Source of the DNA: Octopus vulgaris
Lineage: Eukaryota
Direction: 5' to 3'
DNA: 64,000 nucleotides
Assembly (NCBI GenBank): GCA_951406725.2
Contig: OX597816.1
Coordinates: 5,022,001 to 5,086,000, forward strand
The notes under the pieces: generated by a model
The model's database searches: none
The model's input: the letters and a program-made list of their open reading frames with translations, nothing else
What the model was told of the DNA's origin: nothing
In this document: piece by piece, positions 1 through 11,040 of the stretch
Layout of the letters: each line of letters opens with the position of its first letter
Position numbering within the stretch: the stretch's first letter is position 1
Made by a program: the position numbers and the translations under genes

Positions 1-562
1 AAACCGGAGTAAGTAAAATGTGAATATTTAGAATTAAAATCTTTTTAAATATAAAGTTTTTTTTAAAAACTATCCTGGTTTCTATCTTATTTTGTATGGT
101 TCCACCTTTTTGCAAAGTACCATTATTATCATCATCATTTTACATCTGTTTTCAAATGGTTAAGTTGTCAAGTATAAGGTTATAGTTTTGGTCCTTTGTT
201 AACTTCTTTGTAAGTTTAACTCCACTGAGACCATTCTCCCACCCCCACCCTTGCCTTCCGTGCCTCCACCCCCTCCGCCACTCCACAGGTTTTTTTTTTT
301 CACATTTGTCCTTTCTTCTTTACCTGACTATCAAGCTTCTTGCTCATCATGTACCTTGCCCCACACACACACATATTCTCTTGCGCTCTACATCCAATTC
401 CCAATTCTTCTAACACCCAGTTCTGCTATCAACCCATTGGCGCTCAAATGTCCATTATGTATCCAACAGAGACTGTTTCCTTTGCACCTAATTTTCATTT
501 CCTATTCATGTCTCGGCGCCTTGTATCAGGAATATTTAGTGATTGAATCCAGATCACTATAT

Positions 563-798
563 CTATTTCTTTATTGCCCACAGAGGGATAAACATAGAGG
601 GGACGACCAAGGAATTAAGTAGATTACATCGACCCCCCAGTGCGTAACTGGTACTTATTTCATTGACCCCGAAAGGATGAAAGGCAAAGTTGACCTCGGA
701 TGAATTTGAACTCAGAACGTAACAGCAGATAATATACCGCTAAGCATTTTGCCTGGCATGCTAACAATTCTGGCAGCTCCCCACCATTTCAGCTCACC
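563..798 (-). mobile_element. tRNA-derived SINE, family M (Meta-domain-like core GCCTTTCATCCTTTCGGGGTCGATAAA)
   Basis: B box GAGTTCAAATTC on the minus strand; tail ...GGCAATAAAGAAATA; TSD ccagatcactatatc at about 549-563 and 799-813. Confidence 0.8.
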
Positions 799-814
799 CC
801 CAGATCACTATATC

Positions 815-1008
815 ATCATCATCATCATTTAGCGTCCGCTTTCCATGCTAGCACGGGTTGGACGGTTCAACTGGGGTCTGGGAAGTCAGAAGGCTGCACC
901 AGGCCCAGTCTAATCTGGCAGTGTTTTTTTTACGTGCCACCGGCACAGGGGCCAGGCGACGCTGGCAACGGCCACGAACGGATGGTACTTTTACGTGCCA
1001 CCGGCATA
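815..1008 (-). mobile_element. SINE-like element, family V, ending GCATGGAAAGCGGACG..AAA(TGA)n; partial
   Basis: Related sequence recurs at about 3750-4262, 5820-6060, 9325-9535, 19180-19365, 20120-20300 and 20985-21400. Confidence 0.65.
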
Positions 1009-1784
1009 CAAAAATCCCCTCAAGAATACAATCATGACATGCCAAAATATTACCCAGGCAATAAAAAATTCTGACCCTTTAAAACTTGTAGGACCAGATC
1101 TAACAAAGATTTCATCTTTGGCATGCTTTTAATTTTTAACCAAGACCACCTCAGTATATTCAGCCCATTTTAGCTGCTACCAAGAATCAGATGGCAGACC
1201 AGACACAGCACATGGCAGTCAGCAGACAGTAGCAAAACCAGCAGAGGCCAGAGTGCTGTCACAGCACAAGAACAATAGACTGCAGCAGCAGCAGCAACAC
1301 TCCATGACCAGCTAATATTAAGAAACTCATGTAAATGGCTACTATTATTCCTTGCCCAAGAACAATAAGCTTCAAACTATTTGGGGTTTTGTCATTGGTA
1401 TTAACAACAATACTTTTGTTTACGATAAAAATAAACATTTTTTTTTAATTAAAAATCTCAAAAAAGATTTCAGTATTCTTTATTGTAACGACCTCATGCA
1501 CAAGAATGGTACATTCTACCATTCATTGAAACAGAGAATCCCTTTGTTGCAGGAGGAACATTGTTACTCTGACCACTGTCCTCTCCAAAGCTAACCATCT
1601 TCTGTTAATTAGGTCATCTAGGTGATGGAATCTATCAACTATTTTACGGAATCTTCCAAGCTTTTGTAAGAATTTCTATCACTCAACCTCTTTCTGCAAA
1701 CTTTTCCTACTGCTTCTTCATTGAAAATCCTTCTTAGCAAAATTTCTTGAGAACTTACTTATATATCTTGTATACGACCTGAAC

Positions 1785-2170
1785 ATTAGCTTCAAGGTTC
1801 ATCCAAGGCTGGGACCACGGGCCATATGTCCCCTGCCCAATTCAGGATCACAGCATATAGGTACACTGTGACATAATTTCTTTTCCTCAACAGGCCCTGC
1901 CCTGTTTAACATTGTCCCGAAAGAGATCAAAGAGGAAAAGGATCCCATCACCTTTAAATGGAGTCTGGACAGATTTCTTCAAGGAATACTGGATAAGCCA
2001 CCCATAATTGGATACAACACACCCAACAAGAACTCACTACTTGAATGGACCATAAACAAAACTTGGCTTAAACAGGATTTAGATAATCCTATCAGGTGGT
2101 GCTATTAAGTTAGACATGGCCTGGACCAATCTTTAGTCGAAACATATCTAAGTTTTATCTAAGTTTACCA
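1785..2170 (+). mobile_element. CR1/L2-group LINE 3' fragment
   Basis: Reads HNFFSSTGPALFNIVPKEIKEEKDPITFKWSLDRFLQGILDKP...NSLLEW, a typical CR1-like ORF2 C-terminus, followed by a short-repeat tail. Confidence 0.6.
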
Positions 2171-2789
2171 TGGTTTACACAAGGTACACTACATAAACAT
2201 GATTTCTTGAGAATTGGCAGCAATTCCTGACATCTTTCTGGCAAACTAAAAAATTTAGTCTTTGAGAAAGATAATCTTATGCTTTTAATACCAATTTACT
2301 TGGAACCACTCTCAGGCAAGCCTCCTGTCTTAAAGTGATCTTAATTAAAGCTTTCCATCAAGATTCCATTTTAATTTAATTAATTCCAAATCCCAGATTC
2401 ACAAAGATGGAGTTATTTTATTAGATTCATTTTTTCCAAAATTAATTGAAACAAAAGCAGAGGATTTCATCAGAAAATATGGTAACAAATGGGTTAAAGT
2501 CACTTAAACTAAAACCCTCTATCGAAATTCCATTTTCAATTTATTTTCCAAACTTCAGTTATTTTATTAAATTCTTAATAATTTCCAAAATTAATGGAAA
2601 CAAAGACAGCGCATTTCAATACAAATATAATTTTAAAAAAGGGTTTCTTCTCAATTTCTTTATTTCTTCTTTTATATTTTGCCACATTCAGCTCTGAGAA
2701 CTAGGTCATTGGTGTGGATGTGTGTATATATATATCATGCCAGCATGATAGGTGGATATTAAACGATGATGATTGATATATATATATAT

Positions 2790-2909
2790 ATATGTATAAA
2801 CACATTCACACATACACTATACATACATGAACAAGTACTTATATATATATAAGTTTTATATATATAGATATATAAACACATTCGCACATACTATACACAC
2901 ATGAGCAAT

Positions 2910-2952
<43 letters not shown>

Positions 2953-2990
2953 ACATTCGCACATACACAATACACATGAGCAATTACATA

Positions 2991-3045
<55 letters not shown>

Positions 3046-3081
3046 ACATTCGCACATACACAATACACACATGGACAATTA

Positions 3082-3110
<29 letters not shown>
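2790..3110. repeat. Compound minisatellite: about 4 copies of AAACACATTCGCACATAC...AATTAC separated by (TA)n
   Basis: Direct repeats visible in sequence. Confidence 0.8.
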
Positions 3111-3118
<8 letters not shown>

Positions 3119-3749
3119 CTATGTATATTCACACACAAAACTATAGCTTCCTATCTTAACAAAACAGATCTATATTTCTAACACCATGAAATATTTCAAA
3201 GATTTTTCCAAAGATTAAATGGGGAAAAATGTTAAAATTAAATTGATAAGCCTGGAATTGTTTTGTTTTGTTTTTATTTTTTTAATTTTTTTTTTTGCCT
3301 TTGCTTTACCTACATGAGTGCTTCAATGTAGGTATTGATTTTTTGTTTAATATCATGGTGTTCTTAGATATACAAATATTGCTGCTGCTGCTGCTGCTGC
3401 TGTACAAGTAAGAACCGACAAGTATCGTATTGGTCTTTTATTTGCTGAAGGGATTTCTCAAATAATAATTATGTCTTTTATATTCTTCCTGTGGATTATG
3501 CTGTTATCAATAAAAGTCTTGTGCAATCTGAAGCTGATGCAGGCAACCGCTGGCCAAATCCTGGGAATGTTGTCAGCTTAAATCAGACATTCCTTGTCGA
3601 TGCAGCGAACAGACAAGCAGAATAAGACAGCCTCTGTGTTGTTTCTAAAATGGCTAAAAAGAGTAGCTAAACCTCCATCAAATTACAACATCCTGCCAGC
3701 TTCAAATGAGAGCATCACAGTGGATAATGTGATGCTTCCTTTTAATCCT

Positions 3750-4262
3750 ACATCATCATCATCGTTTAATGTCCGTTTTCCATACTGGCATGGGTTGGAC
3801 GGTTCGACCGGGGTCTGGGAAGCCAGGAGGCTGCGCCAGGCTCCAGTCTGATCTGGCAGTGTTTCTACAGCTGGATTCCCTTCCTAACGCCAACCACTCC
3901 GTGAGTGTAGTGGGTGCTTTTTACATGCCACCGGCACGAGTGCCAGGGGAGGCTGGCAAACGGCCACAATCGGTTGGTACTTTTACATGTCACTGACACG
4001 GACGCCTTTCAGGCAGCTCTGGCAACTGCCACGTTCAGATGGTGCTTTTAACATGTCACCGGCATGGGTATCTTAACTACAATTTCCATTTGATTTTCAT
4101 TTTGATGTTGGTGTTAACATACATGACTCAACTTAATGTACTTGACTCCTCAGGAACAGCGGGTCACTCTACAATACAAGGTTAGCAGGCCGTCCTGTGA
4201 GCCACAAACTCACTTCATTTGTCAGGTCTTTAAAGTCACAGTATATCTCCAGAGGTCTTGGT
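3750..4262 (-). mobile_element. SINE-like family V copy flanked by an ~86-bp direct repeat
   Basis: GGTTGGCGTTAGGAAGGGAATCCAGCTGTAGAAAC core and (TGA)n tail; flanks ~3667-3752 and ~4267-4352 are near-identical. Confidence 0.65.
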
Positions 4263-5097
4263 CAAACTAAACCTCCCTCAAATTACAGCATCTTGCCAGC
4301 TTCAAATGGGAGCATCACAGTGGATAACATGATGCCCCCTTTTAGTCCAACAAAAGCAGTATATACACAGAACAGCCTGTCAAGTTAGGAATACTTAAGA
4401 TAATAGGGCTGCTGGCTGAAGGATGCCCTGGGATTAAACAACAACAACTGCAACATAGACACAAGTTCAAACATTAAACTTCAACACACAACTGCAGATT
4501 TAATACTTGAACCCATCATCATTGTTGTGTCCTGGGTTTCATGTTTGTTTCAGGCCTTGCAACACACACCTACATCCAGATGACCCAACCTAGGTTGATT
4601 ATGCCTAGGCCTGTGTCCAAGTGCCATTCTACTGACCCCACTGACCAATTCATTTCAGCCAAAGTCATCTAGGTGATTCCTCAGTATCTTCTATATTGTT
4701 CTTGATGGTTTTTCTTTGGCTCATTCTTGAAATGCCAAGATTTCCATAGCTCTCACTCAGAGTTCAACTTGCAGCCCACCAATCACCACAACTTCCACAA
4801 CCTCCAATATTGCTCTCATGTTATTACATTTATCTAAATAAGAATTTTCTGAGGAATTGGTGTTATTGTAATAAAGGTGGACTGCATTATTTACCAAATC
4901 TATAATTAGTACCTAATTGGTTCTGATTTCCATTGATAAGATTTCCTTTAACTTCTATTCAGACAAAAATTAATCAAATAAATATTAGAATGTGCCAAAG
5001 AAGGAGTTGGTGTATTGTTGCTCGACTAATTAGAAATAGCAGTCAAATCAACCTAAATTGACAGACAATAGTTGATAAAACAGACAGAAAAACATTG

Positions 5098-5654
5098 GCG
5101 GTCAACCTAACATCTGCAAGAGACTGGCAGCTGCTGGTGGATCTTGAACATCAGCTGAAATTCCCTGGCCACATTGTGGTCACCACCCTGTGACCGGACA
5201 TTGTCCTTGTGTCTGAGTCCACCAAGCAAGTGGTGCTGCTGGAGCTAACTGTCCCATGGGAAGATCGCCTGGAAGAAGCTTTTGAGAGAAAGCTCTCCAA
5301 GTACGAGGGTCTGGTCAGTGACTGCCAGCAGGGTGGCTGGAGAGCGAGGTGTCTCCCAGTGGAGGCTGGATACAGGGGTTTCGCAGCCCATTCCCTGACC
5401 AGAGCCTTCAGTAGTTGAGGCATTGAGGGAGTTAGAAGGAGGAAGGCCATCCACAGTACCACCGATGTAGTAGAGAGGGCCTCAAGATGGCTGTGGATTA
5501 AAAGAGGAGAGCCATGGGGTAGCTAGCTGACCATCTGGACACAAGCTGGGGTCTGATCAGCCCCAGCTGGGTCACCTGGAGGAGGGTGTATGATGTTGAA
5601 AGACCCAAAACACCCAATGATACCAGGCACGTCACTGAAGATGTGTCCAGATGC
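5098..5654 (+). mobile_element. HERO-like RLE non-LTR retrotransposon, 3' fragment (restriction-like endonuclease + 3' UTR), pseudogenised
   Basis: DWQLLVDL...TTL*PDIVLVSESTKQVVLLELTVPWEDRLEEAFERKLSKY..L..C...GW....PVEAGYRGF is a PD-(D/E)xK RLE signature; the segment is much more GC-rich than its flanks. Confidence 0.8.
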
Positions 5655-6381
5655 TTCAGTCATAGTGGCTGGAATAACTTTATCAATGGGATCAGAAAAA
5701 ACTTGAAATTAAAGAACAGCAATAGGTACCAGAAAGGTACAAGAACAATCCTAATTGATGGCACCCACATTACCAATAGTAATGTGCAACATGTAGTGCA
5801 ATATAGTATTATCAACATCCTCATCATTTAATGTTCGTTTTCCATGCTGGCATGGGTTGGACGGTTTGACAGGAACTGGTAAAGCCAGGAGCCACACAAG
5901 AATCCATGGCCTGTTTTAGTTTAGCTTCTACAGATGAAACCCTTCTTAACGCCTACCATTTACAAAGTGTATTGGGTGGGGTTTTTTTGTACATGGGGCC
6001 AGCCTCAGTGCTTTTTACATAGCACCAAAATCAATTCTTTTTACATGGTACCAGCACTTTCCAATATAATTTCCATAATAATTCCTTAAAAATCATTCTA
6101 AAATATTCAATTCAATGAAAATATCAAAATAATACAAGTAATAGGTCTTATTAACAATTCAGAATTTCTTCATTTTTATCATCTAAAGTTTTATATGAGA
6201 ATTTCAAATTATTTAATGCTGAAATCTATCAGAAAAGTTTATTTAAATATTTATAAGTCTGTCATCCAATCAGATTTAAATATTAATAATTCTGTCAACC
6301 AATCAAATTTTCTAATATTCCGTTCAATTACATTATTAAATCGTTCAATATTTGATCATTTCAGCCTATTGTAATTTACTT

Positions 6382-6628
6382 TTGGGTTGGTGCATAATTA
6401 TTGCAGCTTTTTTCAACAAATTTTATTCAACAAAAACAATAACATGTAACAAAAGCATCTTTAAACGATTATTCTGGAGCATATTCACCATCTACTACAA
6501 TTACTACTTCCCATTTGCTTGGCAGACGGTCAGACCATCATTTAAAGATGTCTTTGTTAAACATCATTATTATTTTTGTTGAATAAAATTTGTTGGAAAA
6601 AAGCTGCAATAATTATGCACCAACCCAA
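6382..6628. mobile_element. Mariner-type MITE with long TIRs
   Basis: TTGGGTTGGTGCATAATTATTGCAGCTTTTTTC ... GAAAAAAGCTGCAATAATTATGCACCAACCCAA followed by TA; inverted match extends about 95 bp; termini resemble mariner/MADE1 TIRs. Confidence 0.8.
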
Positions 6629-6665
6629 TAACTTTAATCATAACATTTTTGAGAAGAATATTTAG

Positions 6666-7240
6666 ATTATTTACATTATTTACATTTGACAGATATTTGT
6701 TCTCATCTTGTTTGTTGTTAACTCAACATTTCGGCTGTCTTGAGGAAATTTAAAACCTGGGTTCTCATTCCTAAGGTATTTTTCAATGTTATTATTATTA
6801 TTATGATTATTATTATGATTATTATTATTATTATTATTATATGAATTTTTAGGTCTTATGAATCTAATATCTTCCTATCCTTCCTTAGAACCGGTTACCA
6901 TGTACTACTCATATCTGCACTCAGTCTGCTTAGGAGGTTGTTGTGTCCTAGCATATTTGCTACTGCCTCTTTTAGTTTTCGTATTTTCCAGTGGTGTTCT
7001 CTGTCTATTATTTTAACTTCATCCCACAGGGGTGAGGTGGTCTCCATTTTTCCATACATGATCAGTTATACCCGATTTATCAATATCTCCTCAGGTCACA
7101 GCTTTGCGATGTTCCTCTACCCTTATTTTGAGGGGGCGGCATGTTTCGCCTTTGTATAACCTACCAGACGACGCATAGGATGGAGTACATGCAAATGTAA
7201 ATAAAGTACATAATTCCTCATCTCTTAAATACAGAACTGT
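6666..7240 (-). mobile_element. Penelope-like element 3' fragment: GIY-YIG endonuclease C-terminus, (TAA)n, pLTR tail, plus an inverted tail piece at the 5' side
   Basis: Minus strand ~7160-6895 reads YKGETCR(fs)LKIRVEEHRKAVT*GDIDKSGITDHVWKNGDH(fs)PLWDEVKIIDREHHWKIRKLKEA, i.e. GIY-YIG motifs YxGET.R.L..R..EH and R..KEA. TSD aagaatattt at 6654-6663 and 7241-7250. Confidence 0.85.
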
Positions 7241-8255
7241 AAGAATATTTCGTTTTTATTTTGTAGATCAATTAAAGTTTGGAGTTGGACAGCAGAGGTA
7301 AAGGCTTAGTTGTCACTCACAAGAGAATATGACCTGAAAGCTGGTACCATAGTTTTGTTAAGTTTCTTTTAGTTGCACATACAGTTGCGTGCAGACATAG
7401 ATACTCTCTTCCTTCCCCCCCACCCCCAACTAGACTGAGTGAGGGATACTCATTAACTCAATAGGTATTTCTTATCAGCTGACCAGGCTGGAGCAATAGG
7501 AAATGTAATACCTTGCTCAAGGCTTAAAACAGAAAGAGATTATCAGGGCCAGATATGGCCAGATTAAATGTGATTGGGTTAATCCCTTTAGCTTTCAGCT
7601 CTCTTTGTCAAATGTAATGATTATTTTATTCACATTTATTTAATTAATCACACATTATCTTGTAGCTTCAAGATTTCAATGGTGAGCTTCTAGAATGACA
7701 TTGTAGGTTAGGTGTGAGAGGTTGGATCTAGTTATTTTGAACATAAGAGAGGTGGAATATCTCTCCCAGATATTTTTTTCTACTATAGAAATTTATGAGA
7801 GGGGAAAGGTCACTGGTACCTAATTTATCGATCCTGAAAGGATGAAGACCAAATTCGACCTCAGTGGAATTTGAACTTAGAATATAGCAACAGGCGAGAT
7901 ATCACTAAGAATTTTGTCCTGTGTGCTAATGATTCTGCTAGCTTGTCATAACTGGAAGAAATGTTGGCCCCCATTTTGTCCAGTACGGTAACGCTTCTGC
8001 CAGCTGACTGCCTCATGTCTGCCCCAGATATTGCCAATTTAAATGCCAAAGATTCAAATATGCCAAATAACAACAACAAAGAGTCAAGACTATTGAAAAG
8101 GTTGCAAGACGCAACAAAAATTTTAGGAAAATAAAAGTAAGAAATAAGTGGAAATTTTACCGGTGAGTGTGTTACATTATAAGGCACAAAAAGGAAATGA
8201 CTCTCCCCAGACACAACAGAAGAACAAAAAAGGGATTGGCGAAATGTTTACTTAC

Positions 8256-8552
8256 ATTCTTTAGTATCCTGGTTGCAGTCTGATTCTTGGAATCGTTCAC
8301 AGTGGAAATGGAGTAACTTTTCTTTAAACCGAAGATATTCCAGTTTATTACAAGGGTCATCATGATCAGTGTTTGATTTCAGTTCATTGTCTGATGCTTT
8401 GATGATGATATCCTCGTGTTTCATTGACTCCGAATGACCGGAATGACCAGAAGGCTGCTGCTGCTTCGCTGGACCAGTTGTAGTCGGGATTGTGTCTTTG
8501 GATTGGTCATTGGCAGGTTTCTTCTCTGAATTTGACTTCAAGGGCTTGCTCT
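8256..8552 (-). CDS. Next internal exon of the same FSTL-like gene: low-complexity linker plus the helix preceding the EF-hand region
   Basis: Acceptor tttcatttcag|AG and donor GAAT|gtaagt; 297 nt, phase 1-1. Splices in frame to the Kazal exon (C+AG = Gln). Ends in PCNKLEYLRFKEKLLHFHCERF, resembling the post-Kazal CxxxxYxxxKxxLL helix of FSTL4/5. Confidence 0.75.
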
Positions 8553-9001
8553 CTGAAATGAAACATTGAAAGTATTTTCATTATCTGTTCTTATGCACAA
8601 ACACACACATAAACACAAAGGACAAGGTGGACTCTTCCATCACTTTCAATGTATGAGCATCCAACAGTTTGATAAAAATAAAAACAAATTTCAGTTCCTA
8701 TGTTTGTGGTTCTTGTGAGACAGAATGAGATAAATTCATTCTGATCCATCAGAGATCCCGTTTTGGCCAGCTTTGGATTACAGTAGAAGACAATTGCCCA
8801 AGTTACTCAGCAGGAATGAACCTGGGTCCATGTGGTTGGCACGGGAGAATGGCAATCAAACTTTGTCTCAGGAATGATTTTAAATTATTGTTGCTTTTCA
8901 CTCACATACACATACACATACATACATGCATACATACATACATACATATACATATGCAATGTGTGAGTGTGTATGTATGCATGTATATATGTGTTTTTGT
9001 A

Positions 9002-9046
<45 letters not shown>

Positions 9047-10023
9047 TATATACAAAAACACATATATACATGCATACATACACACTCATACATACATACA
9101 TACATACATACATACGTACATACATACACAAACACACACACATACATACATACATACATACATATATACGACGTGCTTCTTTCAGTTTCCGTCTACCAAA
9201 TCCACTCACAAGGCTTTGGTCGGGCCAAGGCTATAGTAGAAGACACTTGCCCAAGGTGCCTAGCAGTGGGACTGAACTCAGAACTCCTGCACTTGTATAT
9301 ATATCATCATCATGATATATCATCATCATCATCATCATCATCGTTTAACGTCCGCTTTCCATGCTAGCATAGGTTGGACGAAGGCTGCACCAGGCCAGTC
9401 AGATCTGGCAGTGTTTCTACAGCTGGATGCCCTTCCTAATGCCAACCACTCCGAGAGTGTAGTGGGTGATTTTATGTGCCACTGACATAGGTGCCAGACA
9501 AGGCTGGCAGACGGCCACGCTCGGATGGTATTTTCTTATAATATATATAATATATATAATAGATATAATATATATAAATAGTACTAATACTTCTTTTAGA
9601 CATTTAGTAAGTGTTATCAATTTATAACAAACCATTTTTGCAAGGTTCCACCAAAACACATTTAATTTCGTCACCACTTCATGTATTTAACCTATAACTT
9701 ATGCTAATATCTAAATCTAAACTTTATTCCTTCCGTGATCCGCATATCATATTAACAGTTTTATTTCTAGTTCAACCAACCTACTTACCGTTCTTCAATT
9801 TCTTTCTTTCATCTTCACACCTATGGTTTAACACCTGTATATTATTATTATTTTCAAAACCACTTTGTCTAAAACTATATCACAATTTTATGTCACTTAC
9901 CTGAAATTTTAAGTGATACCATTATATTTTTTGCTGAGTATTTATTTGTTTGTGTGTGTGTGTGTGTGTGTGTGTTGTATGAGGGCATGTGTGTTGATAA
10001 CATTTGCAACATTATCTGTGAAG

Positions 10024-10190
10024 ATTATTTACATTATTTACATTTGACAGATATTTGTCCTCATCTTGTTTGTTGATAACACAATGTTTCAGCTGATATA
10101 CCCTCCAGTCTTTATCAGGTGTTTTGGGGAAATTTTGAACCTGGGTTCTCATTCCTAAGATATTTTTCGACGTTGTTGTTGCTATTATTA

Positions 10191-10228
<38 letters not shown>

Positions 10229-10326
10229 ATCGCTGCCTGGAATCGAACTCGGAATCTTGAGGCTAGTAGCCCACGCTCTTAACCACTATGCCATATGCCC
10301 ATAAGATATTTTTCAATGTTGTTATT

Positions 10327-10357
<31 letters not shown>

Positions 10358-10643
10358 TTATTATTATTATTATTCAGGTCACTGCCTGGAATCGAACTCG
10401 GAATCTTGGGGTTTGTAGCCCGTGCTCTCAACCACTACACCATATGCCCATGGACATAATAATAATAACATCAAAAAATACCTTGGGAATGAAAACCCAG
10501 GTTCGAAATTTCCCCAAGACACCTGATGAAGGTTGGAGGGTATATCAGCCGAAAAATTGTGTTAACAACAAACAAGATGAGGACAAATATCCGTCGAATG
10601 TAAATAATGTAGATAGTTCCTCATCTCTTAAATATAGAACTGT
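10024..10643. mobile_element. tRNA-head / Penelope-tail hammerhead SINE (family P): two minus-strand heads plus an inverted plus-strand tail
   Basis: Head GGGCATATGGCATAGTGGTTAAGAGCG...GAGTTCGATTCC (A and B boxes), (TAA)n, and a tail matching the PLE tail at 6666-6790. 13-bp TSD attatctgtgaag at 10011-10023 and 10644-10656. Confidence 0.85.
10518..10563 (+). ncRNA. Minimal type-I hammerhead ribozyme motif (Penelope-type); stem III mutated in this copy
   Basis: GACAC-CTGATGA-A-GGTTG[GAGGGTATAT]CAGCC-GAAA-AA-TT-GTGTT; stem I GACAC/GTGTT. Confidence 0.7.
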
Positions 10644-10808
10644 ATTATCTGTGAAGGTTGTAAATATTGGGGAAAAAAAACTGGGCTACAGGTGCTTTGT
10701 TGTCAAACTCACAGCAAAAATGTCAACAATGATGCCATTGTTTATAAACAGTGATATAAACTAGAATAATGGCAAAGCAGCGACTATATTTAATTTGGGT
10801 TTCTAATA

Positions 10809-11040
10809 TATATTTCTTTATTGCCTACAAGGAGCTAAACACAGAGGGGACAAACAAGGACAAACAAAGGGATTAAGTTGATTATATCGACCCCAGTGCG
10901 TAACTGGTACTTAATTTATCGACCTCAAAAGGATGAAAGGCAAAGTCGACCTCGGCGTAATTTGAACTCAGAATGTAAAGACAGACGAAATACCGCAAAG
11001 CATTTCACCCGACATGCTAACGATTCTGCCAGCTCACAGT
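10809..11040 (-). mobile_element. SINE family M
   Basis: Full copy; TSD ttgggtttc(t/g)aatata on both sides. Confidence 0.8.

Noticed and set aside
8816-9367. Long ORFs rich in YI/HT/CV/LSIY/poly-F/K/S here and throughout the ORF track
   Set aside because: Translations of microsatellites and SINEs.
10223-10300. tRNA genes (also the heads of SINE families M, C and R)
   Set aside because: A/B boxes are present, but each is fused to a SINE body and lacks a proper acceptor stem and terminator.
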